Of a DNA stretch of 64,000 bases, positions 38,475 through 48,115 are shown piece after piece. The first letter of the stretch is position 1. Each line of letters opens with the position of its first letter. The translations under genes were made by a program, and so were the position numbers. Origin of the DNA: Azolla caroliniana (Eukaryota; Plantae; Polypodiophyta); the NCBI GenBank assembly GCA_043228905.1, contig JBHGNT010000009.1:12772001-12836000 (forward strand). Reading direction: 5' to 3'. A model generated the notes under the pieces. The model saw nothing but the letters and a program-made list of their open reading frames with translations. It was not told where the DNA came from and made no database searches.

Positions 38475-39524
38475 TTAAAGCCAATACCGTGATATAGTTA
38501 TACTAGTAATGGTACTTTCTATACCACTTGGGTGCTCAATTACAGGATTTTGTTTTAAATCCTGCATCAAGCATGAAAGGTTCTCAGAATGCAACTTTAA
38601 GGCTGACAACTTATTATCTATTTCTTCATGTGCATTCCTGCAAGTATCAAGGTCTCTCATCTGTGAACGTAATTGAGTGCCCATATTGTTCAGCTCTTTC
38701 TTCAACTCCTCTTTCAACACCTCACTTTCTGAATTTTGGATTGTCGATGCAATCCATTCATATGTAGTTTTTATTGAAGAAAATTTCTTTTCTGCCTGTA
38801 TCTCAACTGATTTAACTACTTCCAAATCAGCAAGTAGTGCTTGTATTCTTGAGCTCATAGAAGCTGTGCAACCGGCCCTCATCTGTTCATGCTTTTCAGT
38901 CATTGTGGCCCGTACCTTTGCCTCTAGAACTTGGTGGACAAGTGTTGTAGCTGGAATATCCACATGAGAGGTTCTAGATGACTTCAAGCCAGTGCTAGTA
39001 CTGGAGGACCCTTTGTAATGTTCTGACCGGTGCCGATTAAAATCTTCCCAATTTACATCAATGCCACCTTGAACTTCACATGCAAAAGCACGTGCAAAAA
39101 CAGTACCCACCTCATTGTTAGTGATTTGATTTGTATCATAAACATGTTCATATCTCGTCTTCAATAAATTCATGTATTCCCTCTTCAAACCACTTATGTG
39201 GAATCCTCGCCTTGTGTCAGGATGTGCTGACCCCCAAGTTTTTAACAACCACTCTCTCAGCTCTGGATAAACGTCAGGTCGTGCTCGAAGGAAATAATTC
39301 CATCCAAGAGGTGTGTCTCGACTGATGGAGTGGTACATCTTCTTTCTCTGTGTTGATGAATTCATCACCCTTTCTCTTGTGGGTGTCTTCTTGCTTTCTT
39401 TCATGGGTGTCCTTCTTCCTTCCTTCACTGGTGTCTTCACCTTCTCTTTCATTAATGTCTTCTTTATGGGTGTCCTTCTCGTCATTGTCCTAGTCAACAC
39501 AATTCTCAGGGAATGAATATGCAT
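38475..39524 (-). CDS. Hypothetical protein carried by the TIR element (probably the main exon of a spliced gene); basic TPxK repeats, VNW motif, C-terminal coiled coil
   Basis: 349-aa ORF in AT-rich DNA; acceptor TTTTCTTCTAG ending at 39528; candidate upstream exon ~40104-40212 with donor CAG|GTATTC. Confidence 0.6.
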   Translation of the reverse strand: MHIHSLRIVLTRTMTRRTPIKKTLMKEKVKTPVKEGRRTPMKESKKTPTRERVMNSSTQRKKMYHSISRDTPLGWNYFLRARPDVYPELREWLLKTWGSAHPDTRRGFHISGLKREYMNLLKTRYEHVYDTNQITNNEVGTVFARAFACEVQGGIDVNWEDFNRHRSEHYKGSSSTSTGLKSSRTSHVDIPATTLVHQVLEAKVRATMTEKHEQMRAGCTASMSSRIQALLADLEVVKSVEIQAEKKFSSIKTTYEWIASTIQNSESEVLKEELKKELNNMGTQLRSQMRDLDTCRNAHEEIDNKLSALKLHSENLSCLMQDLKQNPVIEHPSGIESTITSITISRYWL

Positions 39525-39559
39525 GTACTAGAAGAAAACTCAAGCAATTACCATCAACA

Positions 39560-39905
39560 CATAGCAAATCATCACATTGCATGTACAAACCATGTCAAAC
39601 ACACAATAACCCTAAATAGTTAGAAAAAAACTCATCCATGTCAAATACACAGACAATAAAAACAGACGGATAGGAAAGTCAAAGAAAACGAAAACATTGT
39701 AAATCATCATAGCCAACTCCATCACATCGCATGTACAAGCCATGTCAAACACACAAAAACCCAAAATAGTCGGAAAAAAACTCATCCATGTCAAACTCAC
39801 ACAAAATAAAACAGATGGATAGGAAACAAGAACAAAACGAAAACATAGCAACTCATCATAGCCAACTCCATTTACGTTGCATGTACAAACATATCTAACA
39901 CACAA
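39560..39905. repeat. ~150-bp tandem repeat (about 2.3 copies), probably intronic
   Basis: GCATGTACAA(A/G)C core at 39579, 39729 and 39879. Confidence 0.75.
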
Positions 39906-40514
39906 CCACCTCGATCAAAATATTGTCATACATTTTTAAAAGAAACACAGAGAAAACAAAAACATACCAGTTGGGCATGCAACACATAGACTATGAATAA
40001 TCAAAACCTAAAAATGGCCATACACATGCAAATAAAAAACAGACACACAGGAAACATTCACAAAAAGAAAACATACCAGTTGGGCATGCAACACAGAGAA
40101 TACCTGGAGGTCGTACAACTTGCAGAGGTACCACACCCTGTTGATTTCGACACCTTGGGAGCACACCAAGCCTTCAAAATCACCTATATGCAAGAGGTTG
40201 TTGACAAGGCTGCTGCAGAGAAGACAAACGAGCATACACAAGGAAGGAAAATCAACAACACATACAACAGGCAGGGGAAACAAAAATCTCTGCGTATACA
40301 GAGTTCAGAGATCGAACTTAGCACAGAGGGGAACACAAGAACAGCTACACGGGGAAACAGAGAATCGAAGGTGGAGCGAGAGAGAGAAACAGAAAGAAAG
40401 AAAGAAATAGAGCTTCGAAGGTGGAGTGAGAGAGAGAAAGAGAGAGATAGACCTGTAATAGATATGTCGTCTTTCTTTAACTTTCTGCCACTGTCTATCT
40501 GACAACTTCGAGAC

Positions 40515-40518
<4 letters not shown>

Positions 40519-40570
<52 letters not shown>
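40519..40570 (+). repeat. (GA)26 microsatellite at the LINE 3' end
   Basis: Read directly from the sequence. Confidence 0.9.
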
Positions 40571-40574
<4 letters not shown>

Positions 40575-40626
40575 ATTATCGTCTTCGGAGATCAAATATG
40601 ACCTATGAGACCAAAAATATTACATT

Positions 40627-43600
40627 TCACGTGATACGTGTGAAAGTGAGTAGTGACTCTCGATGTTCAAGAACTTTACCAATGAATGTTGCAATCGAGA
40701 GTGCACATTGTGGTTGTGAGAGGAATTCATGCAAAGATTGGGCTCGATCGAAGAGATGTGGAAAGCATGGTCGAATATGATCAAAGGCAGAGCATTGTAT
40801 CAAAGTGTGATACTCAGACTCGCGAACTTGTTTAGGGCAAAGTGTGCATAGCCGACCACTCTCATCACTTGTACCCCAACGCCCTGTTTCACATCGCAAT
40901 GCATGTGAGCTAAGTCGCATGGAAGCAATGGTTCGAATGGCAGATAACGGTATGGGCTCTAACATGTATGGATGTGTACGATTTCCCCGTTCCGCAAAGA
41001 ATATGGTTTTGTAGTTAGGTGCAACATGTGTAGTATAATGTGTGAAGCGTGAGCCTCCACATTTGTCCCATGTCATGATACATTGGCGTTGCAAAAATGC
41101 CTCATTTACAGAGGAATCTAATGATGCATCATGAAGCAAGTGTCTCGCATCCCATCTACCAAACCATTTTTCTATATCTTGCATCCAACCGGAACACAAA
41201 ATTTTGCTTTTATGCGTCTTTTGGATCTTTTTGCTTGCTTCCCACGCAATTCTAGGAAGTCGATGTGAGGGACTTTTTTGAACCTTAAGCATGTATTCAA
41301 CAACCCTTTCCATGGCCATGATCTCAATGGGAAGCAATCCCGTCTCAAGGAGGAGGAGGGTGTAGGGCGTTTGTTTCTTAACTTGTAGAAACTTTGTAAG
41401 AAAATGCTTTTGGACATTTTCAAACTCTTTCCACATAGACTTAGGGATGCTACCGCCCCATACTTCCACCCCATAGAGAAGAACTGGTGTCACCAAAGTG
41501 TCAAAAAGATATTTCTTGAGGACCCAACACTTAATATCTCCAAGATTGCATGTGTTCTCAAATGCATAGTATGCTCGTTTGCCCGCCTCTAAGCGGCGTG
41601 TAGCACATTCATTCCATCTATGATTTGAAGGAACTTCAAGGCCAAGATATTTGAAGCTTTCCACACATTCAAGTGGCTCATTGTTGTACATAATGCATGG
41701 TTTATCTCTTTTTTGGCTCTTCACAAGCATAATCTTTGTTTTAGAGCTATTGACACTTAATTTAGTATGCATGCAAAATTTTTCCAATGCCTTCATAAGC
41801 TTTTGTGCATCTCCTAAAGTATTTGCAAAAAGCACTACGTCATCTGCATATAGCAAAAGCATAATCACAACATTCCCAATGGCAACTTCTTCAACACATT
41901 CTTCCTTTGCAAACTTGGTAACCATTTCTTCCAATTCATCAATGCATAGACCAAATAGTGTTGGTGAGAGTGGGCATCCTTGCTTAACACCAATCGTGCT
42001 TTTGAAAAAATCTGAAAGTTTATCTTTCATGCGCACACAACATATAACCTTCTCATAAATTCGGGAAATTGCAAGCATATATTCATTTGGCACATCAAGT
42101 TCTTCCATTCGCCTCCAAAGATGCTCACGAGGTACCATATCAAAAGCTTTCTTGAAGTCTACAAAGCAACAATATAAACCTTTACCTCTAAGGCGACTTT
42201 CCTCCATTAATACTCGAAGGGTGATAAGGTGATCAATGGTGCTATGGTGTTTCCGAAAGCCAGCTTGTCCATAAGCTCTCTTACCACTTTTTTCAGCCCA
42301 TACACTTATCTTTGATTCCATTATACATCCAAATAGTTTTGCCATTAATGAGCCAACCATGATGGTTCGATAGTTGTTTACATTATTTATATCTCCACCT
42401 TTATGTAAAGGTTTGATCCAATTTGTAGTCCAATCGTACGGCATACCATGTTGTAATGCATCATTAAACATATCGCTTATCCATATATGTGCTTCCTTTC
42501 CCGTCCATTTGAGCATTTCAGCCTTTATACATTGAAGATCGCTTGCCTTTCGAGAGGCCAATTTCTTAAGTCCTATGCATATATCTTCAATTGTAAAGAA
42601 GGAAGGCATATGTGAAAGAGAACCATAACACATCATCTTTCCGGCAAGAGATAACTCATATAAATTCTTACAATGCATAGACAAGTCGTGAAGAGTTAAG
42701 TCACCATAACTCTCAACACGTTTTCCCTTTAGATTTCCCCAAAATTTAGCACATGCATGTGCTTTCTCTTGCGTTTGGATAAATTGTTGAGTAACTTCCC
42801 ATATTCTTCTCTTTCTTTGAATAAGCCTTTTATACTCATGCAAATGCTTTTGGTAATTCTCTTTATCCTTAACTACATCCAAAACCATAAGGCACTTTCG
42901 AGCTTCACGACATTCTTTATCAAACCATTTTTTCCTAAGTTTCTTGGTGCATTTCCAAGATGTGCGGTTGGTCGAAAAACATTTGTTTGTACATGAGAGA
43001 ATGACTTTCTTGAAAGCTTCCCATTTGCATTCTAGTGTGGCACCATGTTGTATCTTTGTCATTTGTAACATATCCTCAACCATCTTGGAATACATGGGTG
43101 CTCGCTTAAGGTTCATGCTCAAGTGCGGTTGTTTATTATCTTCAATAGCCTTCTCACAATCAAACCTATGCATACATTTGAGATCAATACATAAAGGCCT
43201 ATGATCTGATTCCGGTGTCCATTCACCAAGTGAGAATTTATGTATACGATCCAAAATACCTTCGGAAAGTAGCACATAATCAATCATACTATTTCCGTTG
43301 TATTTTCTACATGTAAAACCATTAGTGTTGGGCCATAAGGAAATACCATTTGCAATAAGCAATCCGGTACTATTGCACATTTGTAGGAGTAACTTCCCAA
43401 ATTGGTCCGGATCTTTTTCATCGCTAGAAGAGCGGTTATACATTTGCATATCCTCTTGCATCCTTGAGATATGTGGCATGAAAGATTCTTGTGAATCAAG
43501 TTGGAAACTTCTTGTACGAGCATTCATGTCACCAAAGACAATAACTTCCCCTTTGAATTTGAAATAAGCAATATCATCTTCTAGATTGGCAAACGGTTGA

Positions 43601-44001
43601 TCTTTATCCAAACAAGCATAAAAGTTAGAATCTTGATGAGGAATGTAACATCCAATAACAAAAGTGGGCAAATCATTAGGTGTTTCTATTTTGAGCCATA
43701 TGTAGCATTTATTTTCATCATTTTTTATGATTGACACATATTTCTCTATTTCCTTCTTAATCAAACATGCCACCCCTCCTTGTCCTCTTCTTTGTCTTGG
43801 ATTTTTCTTCCATATCAAAGAGTGTACATTATAGTTTCCTAAACCTTGAATCCTTTGAGTATCATGCTCCCATGTTTCAACAAGAAGTGTGATATCCGAG
43901 TCATTGGTGAACTCCTCTATGCCAAATCCCGCATTCCATGGGTATCCATTGCAATTCCAAAAGCATAGTCGTAAAAGGCGTGGGTTAGTCTCATAGATCA
44001 C
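40627..44001 (-). CDS. LINE ORF2: APE endonuclease, reverse transcriptase and C-terminal CCHC finger; intact 1124 aa
   Basis: WNCNG, ETW, GDMNAR, IDYVL, SDHRP; QAGFR, FVDFKKAFD, GVKQGCPLSP, LYADD, FKYLG; HALRCETGRW, CTLC..ESEYHTLIQC. Confidence 0.95.
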   Translation of the reverse strand: MIYETNPRLLRLCFWNCNGYPWNAGFGIEEFTNDSDITLLVETWEHDTQRIQGLGNYNVHSLIWKKNPRQRRGQGGVACLIKKEIEKYVSIIKNDENKCYIWLKIETPNDLPTFVIGCYIPHQDSNFYACLDKDQPFANLEDDIAYFKFKGEVIVFGDMNARTRSFQLDSQESFMPHISRMQEDMQMYNRSSSDEKDPDQFGKLLLQMCNSTGLLIANGISLWPNTNGFTCRKYNGNSMIDYVLLSEGILDRIHKFSLGEWTPESDHRPLCIDLKCMHRFDCEKAIEDNKQPHLSMNLKRAPMYSKMVEDMLQMTKIQHGATLECKWEAFKKVILSCTNKCFSTNRTSWKCTKKLRKKWFDKECREARKCLMVLDVVKDKENYQKHLHEYKRLIQRKRRIWEVTQQFIQTQEKAHACAKFWGNLKGKRVESYGDLTLHDLSMHCKNLYELSLAGKMMCYGSLSHMPSFFTIEDICIGLKKLASRKASDLQCIKAEMLKWTGKEAHIWISDMFNDALQHGMPYDWTTNWIKPLHKGGDINNVNNYRTIMVGSLMAKLFGCIMESKISVWAEKSGKRAYGQAGFRKHHSTIDHLITLRVLMEESRLRGKGLYCCFVDFKKAFDMVPREHLWRRMEELDVPNEYMLAISRIYEKVICCVRMKDKLSDFFKSTIGVKQGCPLSPTLFGLCIDELEEMVTKFAKEECVEEVAIGNVVIMLLLYADDVVLFANTLGDAQKLMKALEKFCMHTKLSVNSSKTKIMLVKSQKRDKPCIMYNNEPLECVESFKYLGLEVPSNHRWNECATRRLEAGKRAYYAFENTCNLGDIKCWVLKKYLFDTLVTPVLLYGVEVWGGSIPKSMWKEFENVQKHFLTKFLQVKKQTPYTLLLLETGLLPIEIMAMERVVEYMLKVQKSPSHRLPRIAWEASKKIQKTHKSKILCSGWMQDIEKWFGRWDARHLLHDASLDSSVNEAFLQRQCIMTWDKCGGSRFTHYTTHVAPNYKTIFFAERGNRTHPYMLEPIPLSAIRTIASMRLSSHALRCETGRWGTSDESGRLCTLCPKQVRESEYHTLIQCSAFDHIRPCFPHLFDRAQSLHEFLSQPQCALSIATFIGKVLEHRESLLTFTRIT

Positions 44002-44007
44002 GTGTCC

Positions 44008-44846
44008 CTATTTGCCTACATTTCCATCTTTAGGCACATCCTTAACCTTGTTTTTCAATCTTTCTTCATATGCTTTACGACGAGCATTTTGTTGTGAGAT
44101 AGTACGATCTTCACTCACAAAGCATTGTGTATGATCCGCCGCTTTGTATCATCTGTCATTGTGCATACAATAGGCCTTTCTCCGGAGCGAGTAACACCAT
44201 GTTTCCCAACTCGGTGTGCCCCATATACATTCACATCTGACATCCCATAATGCATGCTAAAAAATTCACCAATGGCCTTTCCAAGGGATGCGGGTGTTTC
44301 CATACTCTCTTCTTTAATCCCACGGACGACAATGTTCTTTGATCGTCGTTCGCGTTCTTTCAATTCTCGGACATCTATGCTTTCTATATTCTTCTCTTGA
44401 TGCATCACATGCATATTAGATGAGTTTGATAACACATCCCCACCACATACATCGGCCCATGACTTCGTTGTACATACATTTTTCATCTCACTTACATCCC
44501 GCCTCATCGTATCCAATTTTTCTTCTTTTAATGCTTCCTTTAACTCAATCTTGTTAAGGCGCTCATTTGTTTCAAATGAAGCTCTTTTACGTTCTTGAAT
44601 CTCTTCTTGAAGTTTTGCAACCACTTGTTTAAGACTTTCATTCTCAATGACAACACTTTGGAGCTTAGTATTCTCTTTCATTAACATCCTAATCTCTTCA
44701 CCTTGCTTGTTTATGGTTTCTTGAAGAGAAATCAAGTGACTCATAAGCATTTTGTCCATTGCATTAGAATCGAGATTTGTTGGTGATCTCGGCTCATTAT
44801 CAATCATACCCCCAAACTTTGCGGCGGTTTTACGAGTATTTGCCAT
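44008..44846 (-). pseudogene. LINE ORF1 (coiled coil plus RRM-like domain), frameshifted near 44130
   Basis: ERERRSKNIVVRGIKE, HRVGK, RPIVC; the C-terminus (FVSEDRTISQQNARRK...GK*) is in another frame. Confidence 0.8.
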
Positions 44847-46618
44847 TGTAGGGATAAACCGTACGGGAAAAGAGAGACAAAGAGGGAAGGAGAGAGAATG
44901 TACCTTTCACTCGATTTAGGGCTTCAAAATCTACCTTCCGTTTGAGGAACCGTGGGGCAAAGATGGCTGCGGATGAAAATGCTCATAACTTCTCGCCACG
45001 GTAACGGAATTCAGTAAATGAACATTCTTTAGAAAGCTCTCTCAAAGAGCTTTCCAACGAGCTATAGAACGTAGAAAACGATGGCCGGAGTGAACTTACA
45101 GAGAGCTTTGAAAGAGAGAGAGAGAGAGAGAGAGGGAGAGGGCTTTGGTGTTTCTTGGAATCTGATTGGTCAGGCGAAAAACTGGGAACATTTCATTGGC
45201 TGTTAGAAACCCAAAACACGAAAAAAATTAAAATAAATGCTTGCAAAAATATACGAAGTCTTTCTTCTTCTTCTTCTTCTACTTTCTGTTCTCTTCCTTT
45301 CTTAGAGAGAGAGAGAGTGAGAGAGAGAGACATACCAATTGACACGTTCGACTACCCATCCTAGAGAGAGAGAGAGAGAGAGAGAGAGATACTGAGACTG
45401 ACCAACTGTCACAATGGATACCTTCTCCAGGTGTGCTTTCGTACAACTCTACCTAGGAGACTGGGGCAACAATTAATGTATTAAATATGGCCTAGGGACA
45501 TTTTGAGTGTGACGTATAATATCTTTGTGCATTCGAGTGTGACGTAATGAATTTGTTTTTTGTTTTTTGAAATTTATTTACAATTTTTAATGTTTATTTT
45601 CTTCTTCGATTTAATACTAAATTTTTGGCCAAAAGTTGGTACACCGTAGCATGCTTCGACCCTTGTCTGAATTAGTGCTCTATCCAACACTCACTTTCCT
45701 TGTGGCCCTTTTGCCACAATACCAACATTCTATGTCGGCTTTTCCTTGTCGACTTCCGGTGCCGCTTTGACTCCCCCTGCTTGTGGAGGGTCCAAAACTG
45801 TTGTCGGCACTACCTCTATGCCTTTGGTCCTGCTCTTGGTGGCCGCCTCCATTGCGTGCTGACCCACCTTGTCCACCACGTCCACCACATCCATGGGGCC
45901 GATCTGTCTTCATGTACAACATCCGTCCATCCGATTGAGTGGTCCTGGACCCAGTTACGTGGTTTTCTTCGATCATCAGCATTGATTGCAAGTCGAAGAA
46001 GGACGGTGGTTTCTCCTGGGTGCAGATCCTTGTCTGGATTGGCCCGTACCTTTGTGCTAGACCACCAAGGTAGATTTGTATCACCTCGTCTTCGTCCGCC
46101 GTCACGTTGATGGACCTGAGTGCGTGACAAATCTCCTTTATTTTGGTGGTGTAATCCGTAATCGACATGTCTCTTTCCCGGATGTTGTTCAGCTCTTGTT
46201 GGAGCTGCAACTTACGGGCTGTGGTACTTGCAGCGAAAATCTTCCGTAGATTTTCACAGGACTCCTTTGGCATCTTTGCATCCTTTATGTAGCCGAGCAT
46301 CTGATCGTGCACACAGAACGCCAGGCAATACAATACTCGGCTTGCTCCTAGCTCCCATACCGGGAAGTCACTATGTGTCGGCTCCGATGCTACCTCATTA
46401 GTTCCTTCCACGTAGCACCAATAACCATGCCCCAACAAATACTAGTGCATTTTATATGACCAGGACACATAGTTGCTCCGGCTGAGCTTCTCTATTGGAA
46501 GTGAACTCGCCATACCTCTGTCCATACTTTTGTCTATCTATTGTTACTAGTTATTAGGGTTTGTCTTCGAAAGCGTCTGCCGGCTGCAGAGGTTCTCAAC
46601 CCTCGCGCTCTGATACCA

Positions 46619-47075
46619 TGTGAAACTTAGCATGCGGAAGCGTTAGACAAACCAGCTTAGCCGGATAGCAATAGAAAATGAGAAAAGGTTTAATGGAGAA
46701 TTTAACACAGAGAATATGCGTGGGAGAGACAAAGACAGATAGAGAGAGAGAGAGAGCAGAACATAAACTAAATTCAAAAGATCACTCTAAAACTCTGTAC
46801 ATACAACGTGCTAAACAACACTATTTATACAAGTCCTCAAAAGGACTGACAGAAGTACAATGTAATTCAATGCTCATACGAGCGACGGATACTAACTACG
46901 AGACAATGATTACCTAGTAGTCTAGGCTACTACTAGGCTTCCGGTTTGCACTCGAATATGGCTCTCCGATCCTTCTCCCCGATCCAGCCCATTGTTTCCA
47001 GATACCATCCGGATACCGATCCGACTCATCCTCCTGGATGGCGATCCGGATTCGGTTGATCTTGCTCACTCAACA
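46619..47075 (-). repeat. 5' LTR of Copia F
   Basis: Matches 32664-32678 plus 33478-33910; adjacent PBS GCTCTGATACCA. Confidence 0.9.
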
Positions 47076-47411
47076 CAATGGTGGTGACCCGACCCGACGG
47101 AAGCATTGGGAGGCCTTCAAGCACATCTTTTAGGGGGGGAGTTTGTTGGCATAAAAGGCTACCTCTGTCCAATTTGTATCCTAGTGTAAACTCGTCCAAA
47201 AGAGTTAGGACTTAGTATATAAGAAATAACCTCAAGTGTAAAAGACTGAGAACTTCTTGATCATCTTGTATAGCAATCTCTGAGTGAGAGAGAAACGAGA
47301 GAGAGAACAAATGCAATAATAGAGCTTCGATTAAAGCTTAAACTGTGTCTATCTTATGTTGTTGTATCTTCTTGCCTCCATTGTGTGTAGTTTGTTGAAC
47401 ACATACGACAT

Positions 47412-47474
<63 letters not shown>

Positions 47475-48110
47475 TACGTTTCCGCGCATATTCGATCAAC
47501 CGGATGGTGACTTCTCCCAGGTGCAAATCTCCGCCTGGATAGGCCCATACCTTTGCGCTAAACCACTGAGACAGATCTGGACCATTTCGTCTTCATCCAC
47601 CGTCACGTTGATGGACCCTAACGCGTCACAAATCTCCTTTATTTTGGTGGTATATTCGGTAACTGACATATCCCATTGTCAGATGTTATTGAGCTCTTGT
47701 TGAAGCTGCAACTTTTGGGCCATGGTGCTTTCCATGAAAATCTTCTTTAGATTTTCCCAGGCTTCTTTCGGTGCTTTTGCATCGTTGATGTAGTCGAGCA
47801 TCTGATTGGGCACATAGGACGCGAGGCAATATAATACTATTTAGCACTTTCTGTCGGTTGTAGAGGATTTTCAAACCTCGCGCTTTGATACCATGAAAAG
47901 AGTTACGTGCGGAAGCTTGTAGGAAAAATTGAGTTAACAGATATCAAAAGTGTTGTTGGGGTGGGGGGTGAAGCCTAGAATGGCTCCACCCCCCTTTCCA
48001 AGGGGATTATGTATGAGGGAAAGAGAAGGAAAACGAAACAATGAGATAAGCACAAAATGAGAGGGAAAAAGCTAGTCATTACATACCCCATAGGGGGTTT
48101 ATATAATACA
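47475..48110 (-). pseudogene. Relic of an F-like Copia 5' end (gag fragment, degenerate PBS 47882-47893, LTR start 47894)
   Basis: 47500-47850 is similar to F gag 45990-46340; GCTTTGATACCA followed by TGAAAAGAG. Confidence 0.6.
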
Positions 48111-48115
48111 TCCAA

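Larger units (their letters stand above)
40571..45110 (-). mobile_element. Non-LTR retrotransposon (LINE; RTEX/CR1-L2-group-like), apparently full length, flanked by (GA)n
   Basis: ORF1 plus ORF2; short 3' UTR running into (TC)n; second (GA)n at ~45113-45140; 5' boundary approximate. Confidence 0.85.
37425..45662. mobile_element. Non-autonomous TIR DNA transposon (26-bp TIRs, GGG..CCC ends, 4-bp TSD TTGT; Sola2-like ends)
   Basis: GGGTCGAAGCACGCTACGGTGTACCA (37425-37450) versus TGGTACACCGTAGCATGCTTCGACCC (45637-45662), 25/26 match. TTGT at 37421-37424 and 45663-45666. Copia F sequence resumes on both sides. Confidence 0.88.
32664..47075 (-). mobile_element. Ty1/Copia element F (decayed), containing Gypsy fragment E and the TIR element
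   Basis: 3' LTR 32664-33910 (split by E); 5' LTR 46619-47075; PBS tRNA-iMet 46607-46618; PPT 33911-33920; gag 45680-46438; PR/INT/RT/RH fragments 34360-37420. Confidence 0.9.

Noticed and set aside
37434-45653. CACTA/EnSpm assignment from the CACGCTAC motif
   Set aside because: The inverted repeat extends 9 bp further out to GGGTCGAAG, and the duplication is 4 bp rather than 3
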